32,000 nt of DNA from Mycobacterium leprae TN (GCF_000195855.1 NC_002677.1:2070001-2102000), one strand, 5' to 3'. Positions 1 to 10,758 are shown, numbered from the stretch's first letter. Translations and numbers: made by a program. The notes: generated by a model not told the origin, from the letters alone.

Positions 1-1235
1 ACTAGTCCGGTCGTTCTTGCGTTCGTACCCTACCTGTACCGGTTCTCAGTACTACTCAGTCGACTACACGCTGGGCTTTATACGACGCGTACTCGCCGGC
101 GAAACGCTGCATTTGTTTCCCGCCAAACACTACTGCACCGGCCTGTATATCTTTTATTGGCTTTCATCAACATTTTCATCGGAGGCTTGGTAGCGGCGGC
201 AGTCAGGTTCAGCCATTCCAAACGCCGACTACTGCTGGCGCTGTTCATCACTGCGCTGCCATTTGGCTTCGCATTCACAGTGTTTTTCGCGCATCCTGAT
301 CTTCTCACCGGGACAGCGCTAACCAGGTTCGCCGTGATACTTGCCTCCGCGAAGATCGACCGGTCAATCTTGTTCTCCAGTGCGACCCCTACCGTCACCG
401 TCGCCGGTTCTAACATTAGCGCACAAAGCGATTCCTTTATTGTGTTCACTAGGTACCTTGCTGTCTATTGTGGCTCTCGCGGTGCACAGTTCGATCAACA
501 TCCAGCGTCCTTAGCGCGCTGCCTACAGTAGCTCCCGGGCCGGCTATAACGGTAACCACAGCATTGCTCAGGAACCGTGGAATTTCGCCCAATTGTGTGC
601 GCTAGTACCGCGCATGGTACCGTTGACTAATCGGCTGCGGGCAAGCTCTCCACGGGCCAAATTCCTAGTAGCCAACACTTTAAATACATTGTTCTCACGA
701 CTGGGTGTGCTGAAAACAGCATCATAAATTTCGACCAGACGTTCAGCGACGCCACCAGAGTCGGCGCCGGGGTGCTCGCTTCGACCGCGTTCGGGATCAC
801 CCTCTTGACAGGACTGTCTTGACCATCAACAACGCGGCCGGCATTCCTTTCCGGCGTTTCTGCAATCTGCCATGCCAGCGGCTCTGGTTGGGTGACGTTC
901 GCAGCGATGCTCATGCTGACGGTTTTTGCAACCTCAGTCGACTGAGTCCGGCAATAGGTCACCATCTCGTTCGACGCTGGGTACGTGTACTTGCTCTACG
1001 CGAGTAATCAGCCCGAAGCCACTCAAGAGCCGACCCGACGCACCTGCATCGTGTTCGCACTCAGGGTTATTTTGTTGGCCCTGTTCCCAGTCGGGGCCAT
1101 CCCAGGACTCGGGGTCCCACTACCGGTGTGATCATTAAGACGAAGCCGGCGTACAGATAGCGGCTTCGGGTTCAATTTCATCGAATTCTGCTAAGATTTA
1201 AAAGTTTTAACAAAAAATAGCCTGATCAAGAAAGA

Positions 1236-1690
1236 TTGGAATTATTGCCAATGAAGCCGCAGCACCGGGGTCATTATTTTCCCTATCGCTACGGCCAGAT
1301 GCTCGCACCAATGTGGTTACCATTTTGGCGACCCAGCAACCAGAGCGTGACACTAACCGACAACGGTCAATTCGTCGTCCGCTACGGACCATTTCGTGTC
1401 GAGACCCCACCATCCGGTATTCGCGACGTCCATGTCACCGCCCCCTACCGTATAGTAGACCAACCGTGGGCCCCGATTGTCGTTCATCGATGACGGACTG
1501 ACCTCCGGTACCAACGCACACGCCGGTGTTTGCATACACTTTAAGCCAGGATCCACCGCGTCCTGGAGCTGCACAACCACTCGACGTTGACGGTGATCGT
1601 CGCGGACACCGAAGGCCTGGTCAACGAGCTCAAGGGAGTTACGCAAAGCAGGCGCCGGGTCAAGGCTGATCGCTACGACACCTGCTAAAC
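1236..1690 (+). pseudogene. Decayed conserved actinobacterial hypothetical protein
   Basis: Frame 1 gives ...WLPFWRPSNQSVTLTDNGQFVVRYGPFRVETPPSGIRDVHVTAPYR; continued in other frames by DDGLTSGTNAHAGVCIHFKPG and ELHNHSTLTVIVADTEGLVNELKG. Continuity over at least 2 frameshifts. Confidence 0.55.
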
Positions 1691-1737
1691 GACCTCACTA
1701 GTCGAGCACATCGACACTAAGCGGTATACCGCACAAC

Positions 1738-2310
1738 TTATGCACCTCCTCGGCGGATATCTGCGATTTGCACCTCGTCGTGCCCGGGTTCGTCCTGGAG
1801 TAGTTTGCCGAGTACCAGCAGCACTCTTGCGGCGACCGCCATCGCCAGTCTCGGATCTATCACCTGCAACTTCCCGGCCACGGCCGCAATGTCGCGCTTG
1901 GCTCCAGGCACCAGCCCTCGGTCGGCGGTAATCAGGCGCAAACCTTGATTGAGAACGATTCGACTGTCCGGCCTATGAAACATCCGTCCAGTTAAGAGAA
2001 AACTAAACGCGTATATTTCCTCCCCATACCCGATTAATGCCGTTAGTGCGTCGAACAAAAACCCGTACGCGTAGAGGACTTCGTTAATAGCTGCTTCGAA
2101 GAATTCCTCTTTGCTCCCAAAATGGTTGTAGAACGAGCCGACACCGGTGGCTTGGCTGATGCCTGTATTGGCGCATTAAGCGTATCGTCGGCAACGAAAA
2201 TGAAGGCTTGCGTAGCGGTGATCAGCGCCGCACGGGTGCGCTGCTTGTGCCTTTAGAAGCGGTGGGCAGCTTGTCGACCACAGGCACCTCCTTTGTCTTC
2301 GTCTTTAGCA
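1738..2310 (-). pseudogene. Decayed TetR-family regulator
   Basis: Minus-strand fragments RTRAALITATQAFIFVADDTLNAPIQAS, then after a frameshift TGVGSGSFYNHFGSKEEFF (typical TetR HTH), then the 106-aa ORF FDALTALIGYGEEIYAFSFLLTGRMFHRPDS... Confidence 0.7.
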
Positions 2311-2509
2311 AGCCTCTTCGGGCAATTACCTACCTCATTTATGAGGATTTTTCACAAATCTTTGACTGACAAATTATTCTGAAGTGAAGATGTCTTCAGC
2401 TACAATAGCTTAAAGAACCACTATGATGCACGGTGTTGGCGCGCACAACGGTTTACACAGCAATTGCGACGCCCACAGGGTTGAACCACTCTAGGCGCTC
2501 AACCTAACC

Positions 2510-3240
2510 CGTGATAGAAGTGCACGACACCGCACGGCTCAATTTCGGAAAGCCGGATCTGGAACGGGCCGAAAAATTCGCCAAGGCATTCGGATTCACC
2601 ACTGCCGCATAGCACTCCCGACAGCATATGTTTGCACGGCGCCGATGCCGGCTCACCGGAGCAACCGAACACCAGACACGCAGCCTGACCCAACACCTGG
2701 GCAGCCTGGCCATCGACCTGACCGATTCAAACGGGCTCACGGTCCGGCGTGGTAGCGTGCACACACTAACTCGAGTCCTTACCGATTCAGACTCCACATA
2801 CCTTCAATTTGGGCATCAATTTAAGTAGGTCAACGCGACCCGACCCAGCACCAATCGTAGCGACCCCCGACCGTGCAACAGCTGGGACACACATGGCGCT
2901 GCAAATCACTGAATACCTGGGCACGCTCAACTGGTACCTCCCCACTATTGGAATGATCGTCAGCGATTTTCTGTTTTCCCTGAACAGCGCGACCGGGAGC
3001 CCACCATGAACTTCATCCTCTGCGAGCACGACGTGACACCGACTGGCCACCATACGCTGACCCTGTCGTTGGGATCAGCGATCCACTACCCGTACTTAGT
3101 ACTCAGGTGTACGATCTAGATATTTTGACGGCCTGAGAAGAACACCTCGGCGCCAGCACCAAACACCTACCACACGAAGCACTGTCAGTCGTCAGTGCGC
3201 TGCGCGCCGACAATGAATTCGATTCCTAACTGCTTATGGT
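2510..3240 (+). pseudogene. Decayed VOC/extradiol ring-cleavage dioxygenase-like gene
   Basis: Across frames: DTARLNFGKPDLERAEKFAKAFGFTTAA; LAIDLTDSNGLTVRRG; HMALQITEYLGTLNWYLPTIGMIVSDFLFSL; PTMNFILCEHDVTPTGHHTLTLSLGSA. This fits two VOC repeats, including an HHT motif. Confidence 0.65.
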
Positions 3241-3260
3241 CCTGATGAAAGCAGTTAAGT

Positions 3261-4190
3261 CATGACCATTTCGATCCTGGGCACCGCTGACGCCTGGTGG
3301 GTGCAAGTCACCCAGTGGCGCTGTCAAAGTCGCTACCGATGCGGCAAGCATCGGTGAATTGCTGACCGACCGTGCAGCCATCAACACCGCAGCCGACGAC
3401 AGTGACACTGTGCCTGTTGAGAACCTTCAGCTTGTCTAGCCAATGCCCCCGTGCCGAGTTGTGGCTAAAAATGACCAACGTCGCACCACACATCAAAGAC
3501 TCCGGCATAGCACCGAAGACAATCCCTTTGACGTTCCTCAGCAGGGCTTCGGGTTTGATCAGCAGGCCATTCGCCGACGTCATCAAACCCGATCACATCC
3601 GGTTTCGGGACTAGGAGGTCGAAATCGTTTTAATTACCTGCCGCGAGCTGCGCTTCGGTGCCACCGTCACCGCAGCCAACTTGTGCGACTGCGTTACCGA
3701 TCTGACAGTCACCAACGATATGTCTGCTTGCGACATCCAATTTCCCAAACACCATCTCTACGAAGACAAATCGTACCCGACGTTTACTTCCGTTGGCCCA
3801 GCGCTGGTGCTGCTATATGGCTACGAGTTTAAGCATTGCAGCGACCTGCGGCTGCGGTTAGAAGTCAACGGCCAAATACGTCCAGACATAATGGTGAATG
3901 CAGGCATGACTTATTCACCGCTGCAAGGAGCTCACTCGGTTTCAGCACCTCCAACCCGGAGATTTGGTGTTGACCGGCACGCCGATGAGCACTGTGCTCC
4001 ACCAAAACCGGTGCAAATCATGAATTCTCTACTGCTGCCCGCGGTCAAGTGGAAGGCCTTCTTCAAGGGGGAAGGGTAACAAGGCCAAATACCTGCATGA
4101 CGGAGATATCGTTGAGATCACCAAAGCCGCCGATCAGACCGCGATAGACCTAGACACTCAAAGTTCGGTAATGCGGTACAAGTGAACTGG
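3261..4190 (+). pseudogene. Decayed fumarylacetoacetate hydrolase (FAH) family protein
   Basis: MTISILGTADAWWVQV / PSGAVKVATDAASIGELLTDRAAINTAADDSDTVPVENLQLV* / MTNVAPHIKDSGIAPKTIPLTF / FADVIKPDHIRFRD / VTDLTVTNDMSACDIQFPKHHLYEDKSYPTFTSVGPALVLL / VNGQIRPDIMVNAGMTYSPLQ; multiple frameshifts and a stop. Confidence 0.75.
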
Positions 4191-4205
4191 TTACCCAGGC
4201 CCGCA

Positions 4206-4760
4206 ACCGTCGTCAGCGCCGGCACCATAGATCTCACCACGGCAGCCCTACTAGTCTAGTACAGCATATCGTGTCTCCGCCTCGAACGTTGGGAAACTGC
4301 GTACCCACGATCCGAAACGGTACACCTTAACGACGAGACAAAGTGGATAGTCAAACACCTCGGCATCGGCGATGAACTCGCACGATAACGCGGCAAGCGC
4401 TGAGTCTTCGACTTGTCGACAAGGACTTGCGAACCCTGGCCCAGTTTCACCGCGATCCGGCTCACAGCACGGCTTCCCGCAAGCCAACGTGTTCGATCAA
4501 CCCGAACTTGAACAAGTGTTTCAGTCAAACCATTAAAAAACAGCTATTTTTGCTTTCAAAGCAATGCTGAGATCACCAACATTAACCAGCTTAACCAGCG
4601 TGAATCTGACGGTACTCAAAGTGAGTTTCATCGATCAGATGAACGGCGGCGAGCACGTCGTGGACGCCATTTACGTTGTGGGTTGCAACAGCGCGCGGTT
4701 CCTGGTCTCCCAGACAACTGACTACCCCGTCAGCATCAAAACAGTTCCTTCAGCTCTGCT
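4206..4760 (+). pseudogene. Decayed MhpA-like FAD-dependent aromatic hydroxylase
   Basis: Fragments DLTTAALLV*YSISCLRLERWETAYPRSETVHLNDETKWIVKHLGIGDELAR, GFPQANVFDQPELEQVFQSNH, and GGEHVVDAIYVVGCNSARFLVS resemble the N-terminal FAD domain and YVVGCDGA motif region of MhpA-type monooxygenases. Confidence 0.6.
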
Positions 4761-4923
4761 TGACCCTCACTTATCCGCGGGGCTTATGGGAGTGACTAGC
4801 TTCTTCCGCAATCTATTACACGGCGTATGCCGTGCTGCGAATCCTCCTCTGGCCATTTCGCGCCTAGATGAAAAGAAACCGGCCCGACAACTACGCTGCC
4901 AGGTAACGGAAGTAGCAACCGAC

Positions 4924-5661
4924 TTAGTGTGCCGCCTTCTTACGTTCGATGTCGGCCAATGCAGCAGCCAGCTCGGCGCGCTGCGCGGCCGATTGCTCCC
5001 AAGACAGCTTTCGATTATTGACCACCTTGGCCGGTGCACCGACCGCGACCGAATAGTCAGGGATTACCCCACGAACCACCGCATGTGCTCCCAGCACGCA
5101 ACCCCTCCCGACTGAGGTGCCACGCAATACCGTCACCTTTGCAGCCATCCAGGTGTCCGGACCAATGCGGACCGGGGACTTGACGATCCCCTGATCCTTG
5201 ATCGGGATGTTGATGTCATCCATCCGGTGGTCAAAGTCGCAGACGTAACACCAGTCAGCCATCAACGCCGACGACCCAAGCTCGATGTCGAGATAACAGT
5301 TGATAACGTTATCCCGGCCTAATACTACTTTGTCGCCGAATCGCAACGAGCCCTCGTGCGCGCGGATCGTGTTCTTGTCACCGATGTGCACCCAGCGTCC
5401 GATCTCGAGCTGCGCGAGTTCGGGCGTCGCGTGAATCTCCACACCCTTACCCAAAAACACCATACCGCGGGTGATGATGTGCGGGTTAGCCAACTTAAAC
5501 TTCAGTAGCCGCCAATAACGCACCAGATACCAGGGGGTGTAGGCGCGGTTGGCCAGCACCCACTTCAGCGAGGCTAAAGTGAGGAACTTAGCCTGGAGCG
5601 GATCTCGCAACCGTGACCCACACCAGCGGCGATGAAGCGGTGCACCCCACATCGTCGTCAT
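4924..5661 (-). CDS. Left-handed beta-helix (hexapeptide-repeat) acyltransferase, Rv3034c-like
   Basis: Intact 245-aa ORF with ATG start. Hexapeptide repeats (IGRWVHIGDKNTIRAHEGSLRFGDKVVLGRDNVINCYLDIELGSSALMADWCYVCDFDHRMDD...VRIGPDTWMAAKVTVLRGTSVGRGCVLGAHAVV). Confidence 0.85.
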   Translation of the reverse strand: MTTMWGAPLHRRWCGSRLRDPLQAKFLTLASLKWVLANRAYTPWYLVRYWRLLKFKLANPHIITRGMVFLGKGVEIHATPELAQLEIGRWVHIGDKNTIRAHEGSLRFGDKVVLGRDNVINCYLDIELGSSALMADWCYVCDFDHRMDDINIPIKDQGIVKSPVRIGPDTWMAAKVTVLRGTSVGRGCVLGAHAVVRGVIPDYSVAVGAPAKVVNNRKLSWEQSAAQRAELAAALADIERKKAAH

Positions 5662-5872
5662 GGCGGGACAGCTTAGTCTGGCGACAATGCCCGCCGAAAC
5701 GGCGGGCTGTGCCTAACCTTACTAGACAGAGAACGGCAGAGCCAATAACGCGGGCTTGAGCCGCGACAGGGTACCCTCACCTGTACTCGATTGCTGCATT
5801 GGTTGAACGGCCGGGTCCGTCCGGACGGCACCCACGTTGAATGAAGGGTTTGAAACCCTGCGAAAGGATACG

Positions 5873-7195
5873 GTGCGTGCCCAACATCTCTTCCTGAGAC
5901 TTCGGCGTTGGTCGTCAGCGGCACTGGCGGCTGTACTCACGGTTGGGCTCGACAGTTGCGGCAACACCGACTCCTGGGTTGACGCGTCGGCCGCTCAAGG
6001 CTGGCCGGCGCAATACGGCGACGCATCCAACAGCAGCTACACCGCAACCAGCGGCTCCACCAAGTTGGCGCTACAGTGGACACGGTCGGTTAAAGGAAGT
6101 TTGGCGGCCGGTCCGGCACTTAGCGCGCGCGGATATCTCGCGATGAACGCGCAGACCCAGGCCGGGTGTTCGCTGATGGAGTGGGAAAACAACGACAACG
6201 GCCGGCAACGTTGGTGTGTTCGGCTGGTCCAAGGTGGCGGCTTCGGCGGTCCGTTGTTCGACGGCTTCGAGAATCTGTATGTCGGCGAACCTGGGACGAT
6301 CTTCTCGTTCCCAATGACGCAATGGACACGCTGGCGACAGCCGGTGATCGGGATGCCGTCCACCCCCCGCTTTCTTGGCAATGGCCAACTGCTCGTCACC
6401 ACGCACCTGGGGCAGGTATTGGTTTTCGACGCGCATCGCGGCATGGTTGTCGGTAGTCCACTGGACCTGGTGGACGGCGTTAACCCGACCGACCCGACGC
6501 GTGGGTTGGCCGATTGCGTATCAGCCCAACGGGGCTGCCCTGTTGCGTCAGCCCCTGCCTATTCGCCAGCCAGCCAGACGGTGGTGCTCGACATCTGGCA
6601 GCCAGGCGCACCAACCGCGGGGCTAATCGGGCTGAAGTACCACTCAAGGCAGACGCCACTTCTTGCCCGTGCGTGGACTAGCGACGCCATAGGCGCCGGT
6701 GTACTTGCCAGCCCGGTCTTATCCGCCGACGGATCAACCGTCTACGTCAATGGCCGCGACCAGCACCTGTGGGCACTGCACGCCGCCAACGGGAAACCGA
6801 AATGGTCGGTGCCACTGGAATTTCTGGCACAGACGCCGCCCACAGTCACCCCGCAGGGATTGATCGTGTCCGGCGGGGGCCCCGACACCCGCCTGGCCGC
6901 GTTCAAGGACGCCGGTGACCACGCCCAACAGATCTGGCGACGCGACGACCTCACCCCATTGTCGACGTCGAGCCTAGCTGGCGTCAGCGTCGGCTACACG
7001 GTGGTCAGCAGTTCGCCCGCAGCAGACGCACCTGGCATGTCGTTGCTGGCCTTCGATCCACGCAATGGCCACACCCTCAACAGCTATCCGCTACCGGCAG
7101 CCACCGGATATCCCGTCGGGGTATCTATCGCCAACAACCGCCGGGTGATAACCGTCACCAGCGATGGCCAACTCTACAGCTTCGCGCCCACCTAG
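5873..7195 (+). CDS. PQQ-like beta-propeller repeat protein, probable lipoprotein (Rv3035-like)
   Basis: Tracked ORF opens at TTG 5837, but GTG 5873 is preceded by a GAAAGGA ribosome-binding site; the signal peptide ends near an LDSC lipobox-like motif; repeats such as VLVFDAHRGMVVGSPL, LWALHAANGKPKWSV, LLAFDPRNGHTLNSYPLP. Confidence 0.8.
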   Translation: MRAQHLFLRLRRWSSAALAAVLTVGLDSCGNTDSWVDASAAQGWPAQYGDASNSSYTATSGSTKLALQWTRSVKGSLAAGPALSARGYLAMNAQTQAGCSLMEWENNDNGRQRWCVRLVQGGGFGGPLFDGFENLYVGEPGTIFSFPMTQWTRWRQPVIGMPSTPRFLGNGQLLVTTHLGQVLVFDAHRGMVVGSPLDLVDGVNPTDPTRGLADCVSAQRGCPVASAPAYSPASQTVVLDIWQPGAPTAGLIGLKYHSRQTPLLARAWTSDAIGAGVLASPVLSADGSTVYVNGRDQHLWALHAANGKPKWSVPLEFLAQTPPTVTPQGLIVSGGGPDTRLAAFKDAGDHAQQIWRRDDLTPLSTSSLAGVSVGYTVVSSSPAADAPGMSLLAFDPRNGHTLNSYPLPAATGYPVGVSIANNRRVITVTSDGQLYSFAPT

Positions 7196-7803
7196 TCAGA
7201 TCGTTAGCGGTGGGATAGCGCTGCGAGGTACCCGGACTTGAACGGCGGAAGCAAAGTCCGGCAACATCTCACCCTGGGTGAAGTAGAAGATCAGCTGGTT
7301 ATCAATTATAGTGAAAGTTCTGGTAACGAGACGAGTCAAGGCTGATAGAAGGTTATCATTGCACCCATCGCGTACTGCCGTTCCAGTTCGCGTTGAACGA
7401 CCGGGAAGATGCTGTCCAGCGGCATCGTGCCAGGTGCAAACAGCGTGTCCAAATTGATGAGCTGGCAGGTCCCGAGGTTGTAGGAGGTTGTAGTTAAACA
7501 CCTTGTACCACTTGTACCAGGTGGACGGATGTGCACCACCGAGGTCACGGAAGAACTTGAGCACAACACTGCAGGTAGTGCGTGACGGTTGACCGGGGCT
7601 GTGCTGTTCGGTCGTCACGTCCATTTGGTAGGGGGTGCTCGCAGACACCAGAAACCTGAGCTATGTTGACGAATCCATCGCGGTTTTGGGTGATGTAGTC
7701 GGTCAACGCCTATTGGTCGGAATAGTCGACGGGAAAGGTCAAGTTGAGAGTGTACTATAGGGCCTGCGACATATACTATGGCATATCTGGGCCATCTGGA
7801 CAC
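7196..7803 (-). pseudogene. Decayed secreted protein, position of Rv3036c
   Basis: Convergent with the propeller gene. C-terminal frame 7196-7648 plus fragments in other frames (MLCSSSSVTSVVHIRPPGTSGTRCLTTTSYNLGTCQLINLDTLFAPG...LDSIFPVVQREL; MSRWPRYAIVYVAGP...). Assignment rests largely on synteny. Confidence 0.5.
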
Positions 7804-7884
7804 CGCCTAAGCTCTCGCACGACGCCGGCGCTGCGGCCGCCGGCCAGGCCAACAGAACTGCAGGTGCTAGTACCGCGGGCGCCA

Positions 7885-8583
7885 TCAGATGGCGCATCGT
7901 AGATAGAATTGCGCGCAGACCACATGTGAAGGCGGGGCACCTCGCAAAATGACCACCGTCAGCGTATCCGGGTATTTACCACGACGGGCAGCAAGCAAAC
8001 TCCACCGAATGACTGGTGGGCCCCGAACCGATGCGGGCGATGACCACGGACAGGAGCCGGTTGCCGCGTAGCCGGATACCACGGCACAGCGTATCAAGGT
8101 CGACCTTGATACTGCGAACCAAGATCTCTAAAGCACCACAATCCAGTGCCGGCAGTGCCTGCCGCAGCCAGCGCTCATCGAACCGCAGCTGTTCAAGCAC
8201 TTCGAAACCCCGAACTGTGGGCGGAAAACGATCCCCGAACAGATAGGCAATATTAGGGGTCGAGTTGCCACACTCCGTAGTGACGTACCAGCTCGGCCCG
8301 CACCACGGCACCTTCGGGATCTAAGATCCATAGCCCGAAAGGCTACACTGGACAGTTGTCGGGCTTCGCGTCAGTGATCTATTCAGCGCTATCGAGCATG
8401 CTGGCTCGGCGGCGCACACCCGGATCAACCAGTTCTGCCGACCACAGAAACGCCACCCGGACCGAACCGCGGTGTAGACGTCACCTCATAAATTTCCACA
8501 TCGAAACCCAGCCCGCGTCTCTGGCCGAAATCGATTCCGGTAAAACCCTTTATGACGAAGCCCCGGTCTTTGTGCGAGTCAGC
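7885..8583 (-). pseudogene. C-terminal part of a decayed THUMP-like/SAM methyltransferase (Rv3037c-like), downstream of the RLEP
   Basis: Minus strand: FVIKGFTGIDFG...GFDVEIYEVTS, DPGVRRRASMLDSAE*ITDAKPDNCPV*PFGLWILDPEGAVVRAELVRHYG, RFPPTVRGFEVLEQLRFDERWLRQALPALDCGALEILVRSIKVDLDTLCRGIRLRGNRLLSVVIARIG. Confidence 0.7.
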
Positions 8584-9330
8584 ATCGGACGGGGCATTGT
8601 TGGGGTGATTGAGGCCTTGGGTGGTGGTGTTGTGGTGGGCTGGTGGGGTGTGGGTGGTTGATCTGCGCTAGAAGGTTGCCGTATGTGCCGCCGACGGCCG
8701 GATCATCGATGCACTGTTCACTAACACGATACTGCTGCACCCGGCGGCATGCCTGCTTGCTGGCTGAGGGCCGGTCAACAAGCCGCCGACACCGATACCA
8801 GCGGCAGAAATGGTGCAAGGGATAACATCAGGTGCGAATAGTTATACCGTGCACGGGGACGTGCCTGTTCAGGTGCGGCCACATTGACCACGCCGACACC
8901 TCAAGGCCATGACATGCACACTAAAACGCCCCTACCCCGCGGCGCTAACAACTATCCTCACACTCACGCCTGCATCGATATCGCCTTCAGCACAGCCCAG
9001 GTGCCCAGCCCCTGGCATCATCAACATGTAGACCAAGCAGCATCCACCACCGACATGCTTACGTGCGCCGCGCTAATCGTGTCCACTGCGGCAAAGCACA
9101 CGAAGCCTCATCGAAAGCAGGCAGTCAGCCACCCACCAACAAAAACCCCGCAACACAGCAAAACACGTCAACAGGATTCCGGGCTGCCCCCCACGACTAC
9201 CGAACATATCGGCCAGTCATAAAACGCAAAAACAGCCATTTCACCCACCACCTATGAAACCAACCGAACAACTCACCGCCACAGACACAAGACAGCAGAG
9301 CCCGGGAACCGTCGCAGCTATGTACAGGCC
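8584..9330. repeat. RLEP dispersed repeat of Mycobacterium leprae (boundaries approximate)
   Basis: Contains CACCGATACCAGCGGCAGAA (from 8790) and the reverse complement of TGCATGTCATGGCCTTGAGG (ending 8918), the classical RLEP diagnostic PCR primer sequences. They are 129 bp apart end to end, matching the known amplicon. Confidence 0.93.
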
Positions 9331-9765
9331 TTGACCTCGCGATGATTGCGGAACACGCTCCAGGTGAGTGCTGCGCCGATGAAGAGCACGCCCACCGTTC
9401 GGTGGGCGGAGCTGCGTAACGCAGCGCATTCTGTGCCGATAGAGCAGGCCGCACCGTGAACGACACGATCTAACAGCCATTTCGCCCGGTTCAGGGCCGC
9501 CGGGCGCGGCAGTCACCTATTGAAATGCCTCGTCGGTGAACAGCCAGCTGAGATATCGCCTAACCCGGCCAGCTTGTCGAGGACGCTGCCGCACAGTAGT
9601 GTTATCTCCACCAGGATAGGGGCACGGTCACCGAACCTAGCCCGTACCGCAGCGGCGGCGGCAATCCGGGTGGTGTCGGTCAGCTCGAATTCGTCGACGT
9701 CTCTAAGCACCGCGGCACCCAATTGCGACCAGGACGGTAGCTGACGTCATCGAGCTTGAAAGTCA
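9331..9765 (-). pseudogene. N-terminal part of the same Rv3037c-like gene, upstream of the RLEP
   Basis: Minus strand: EFELTDTTRIAAAAAVRARFGDRAPILVEITLLCGSVLDKLAGLGDI, then VVHGAACSIGTECAALRSS (CSIGTE-type SAM-binding motif). Confidence 0.65.
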
Positions 9766-9774
9766 GGACAACAC

Positions 9775-10758
9775 TCAGGAAGGTTTAACCCCGGTGATAA
9801 TAATGTTGTAAAACCAGCTCTTCGGTATGACCCGCCGCCACACGTTGGCATCTACCCAGCTCAAGGTCTTCCAGCTGGTGAATGCGAAACGTGCCCAGCC
9901 CCAGCCAAGTTTGCTCGGCGGCATCGTCGACTCGAAGGTGCGCAGCGGCCAGCCCAGCATCGCGGCAGTGAACTCCTCGGTGACGGTCTTCACCTGCACA
10001 GCGCCGGCGTTGGTCGCCATTGTCTCCAAAACTTTCGGTTCGAAAGTGTGCAAGTCGACCACCCACTCCAAAGCCGCCGCACGCGAGTTCTCGTCGATCT
10101 CGACCTGCGTACGACGCCAGGCACTCAACCCAGGCAACTGCACCACGCGGATGGTAACCTTCCACGTTAAGTCCGCAAAGACACGGGCGTATCGGTTTCC
10201 AACGTCGGTGGGCTCGCCCGCGAACACAAATCGGCCGCCCGGCTTCAGCACCCGCAGCACCTCACGCAGCGACAATTCGACGTCGGGAATGTGGTGCAGC
10301 ACCGCGTGCCCCACCACCAGGTCGAAGGTGTTGTCGTCGTACGGGATGCCCTCGGCGTCAGCGACCCGACCATTGATGTCCAGTCCAAGCGACTGACCGT
10401 TGCGAGTGGCGATCTTGACCATGCCGGGTGAGAGGTCGGTGACCGATCCACGCCGGGCGACGCCGGACTGGATCAGGTTCAGCAGGAAGAAACCGGTGCC
10501 GCAACCCAGTTCCAAGGCACAGTCGTAGGGCAGTTCGGTGAATAGCTCATCAGGCACGATGGCATCGAAGCAGTGCCGCACGTAGTCTACGCAGCGTTGG
10601 TCGTAAGAGATCGACCACTTCTCGTCGTAGTTTTCAGCTTCCCAATCGTGGTAGAGCACCTGGGCGAGTTTGCTATCCTTCCGGGCTGCAGCTACTTGCT
10701 CCGCAGTAGCATGCGGATTGGGCACAGCATTTGCAGAGATTTCCGTACTCCTCGTCAT
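9775..10758 (-). CDS. Class I SAM-dependent methyltransferase (Rv3038c-like)
   Basis: Intact 327-aa ORF with motif I ALELGCGTGFFLLNLIQSG and FDLVVGHAVLHHIPDVELSLREVLRVLKPGGRFVFAGEP. Confidence 0.88.
   Translation of the reverse strand: MTRSTEISANAVPNPHATAEQVAAARKDSKLAQVLYHDWEAENYDEKWSISYDQRCVDYVRHCFDAIVPDELFTELPYDCALELGCGTGFFLLNLIQSGVARRGSVTDLSPGMVKIATRNGQSLGLDINGRVADAEGIPYDDNTFDLVVGHAVLHHIPDVELSLREVLRVLKPGGRFVFAGEPTDVGNRYARVFADLTWKVTIRVVQLPGLSAWRRTQVEIDENSRAAALEWVVDLHTFEPKVLETMATNAGAVQVKTVTEEFTAAMLGWPLRTFESTMPPSKLGWGWARFAFTSWKTLSWVDANVWRRVIPKSWFYNIIITGVKPS

Noticed and set aside
78-1140. Possible decayed membrane protein (LLLALFITALPFGFAFTVFF; YVYLLYASNQPEATQEPTRRTCIVFALRVILLALFPVGAIPGLGVPLPV)
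   Set aside because: Hydrophobic fragments on the plus strand are suggestive, but I cannot name a family or join the frames reliably, so no feature was called.
8356-9222. Several short ORFs within and beside the RLEP (e.g. 8356-8661, 8884-9222)
   Set aside because: They fall in repeat sequence and decayed methyltransferase sequence; low-complexity translations and no recognisable domain or transposase.
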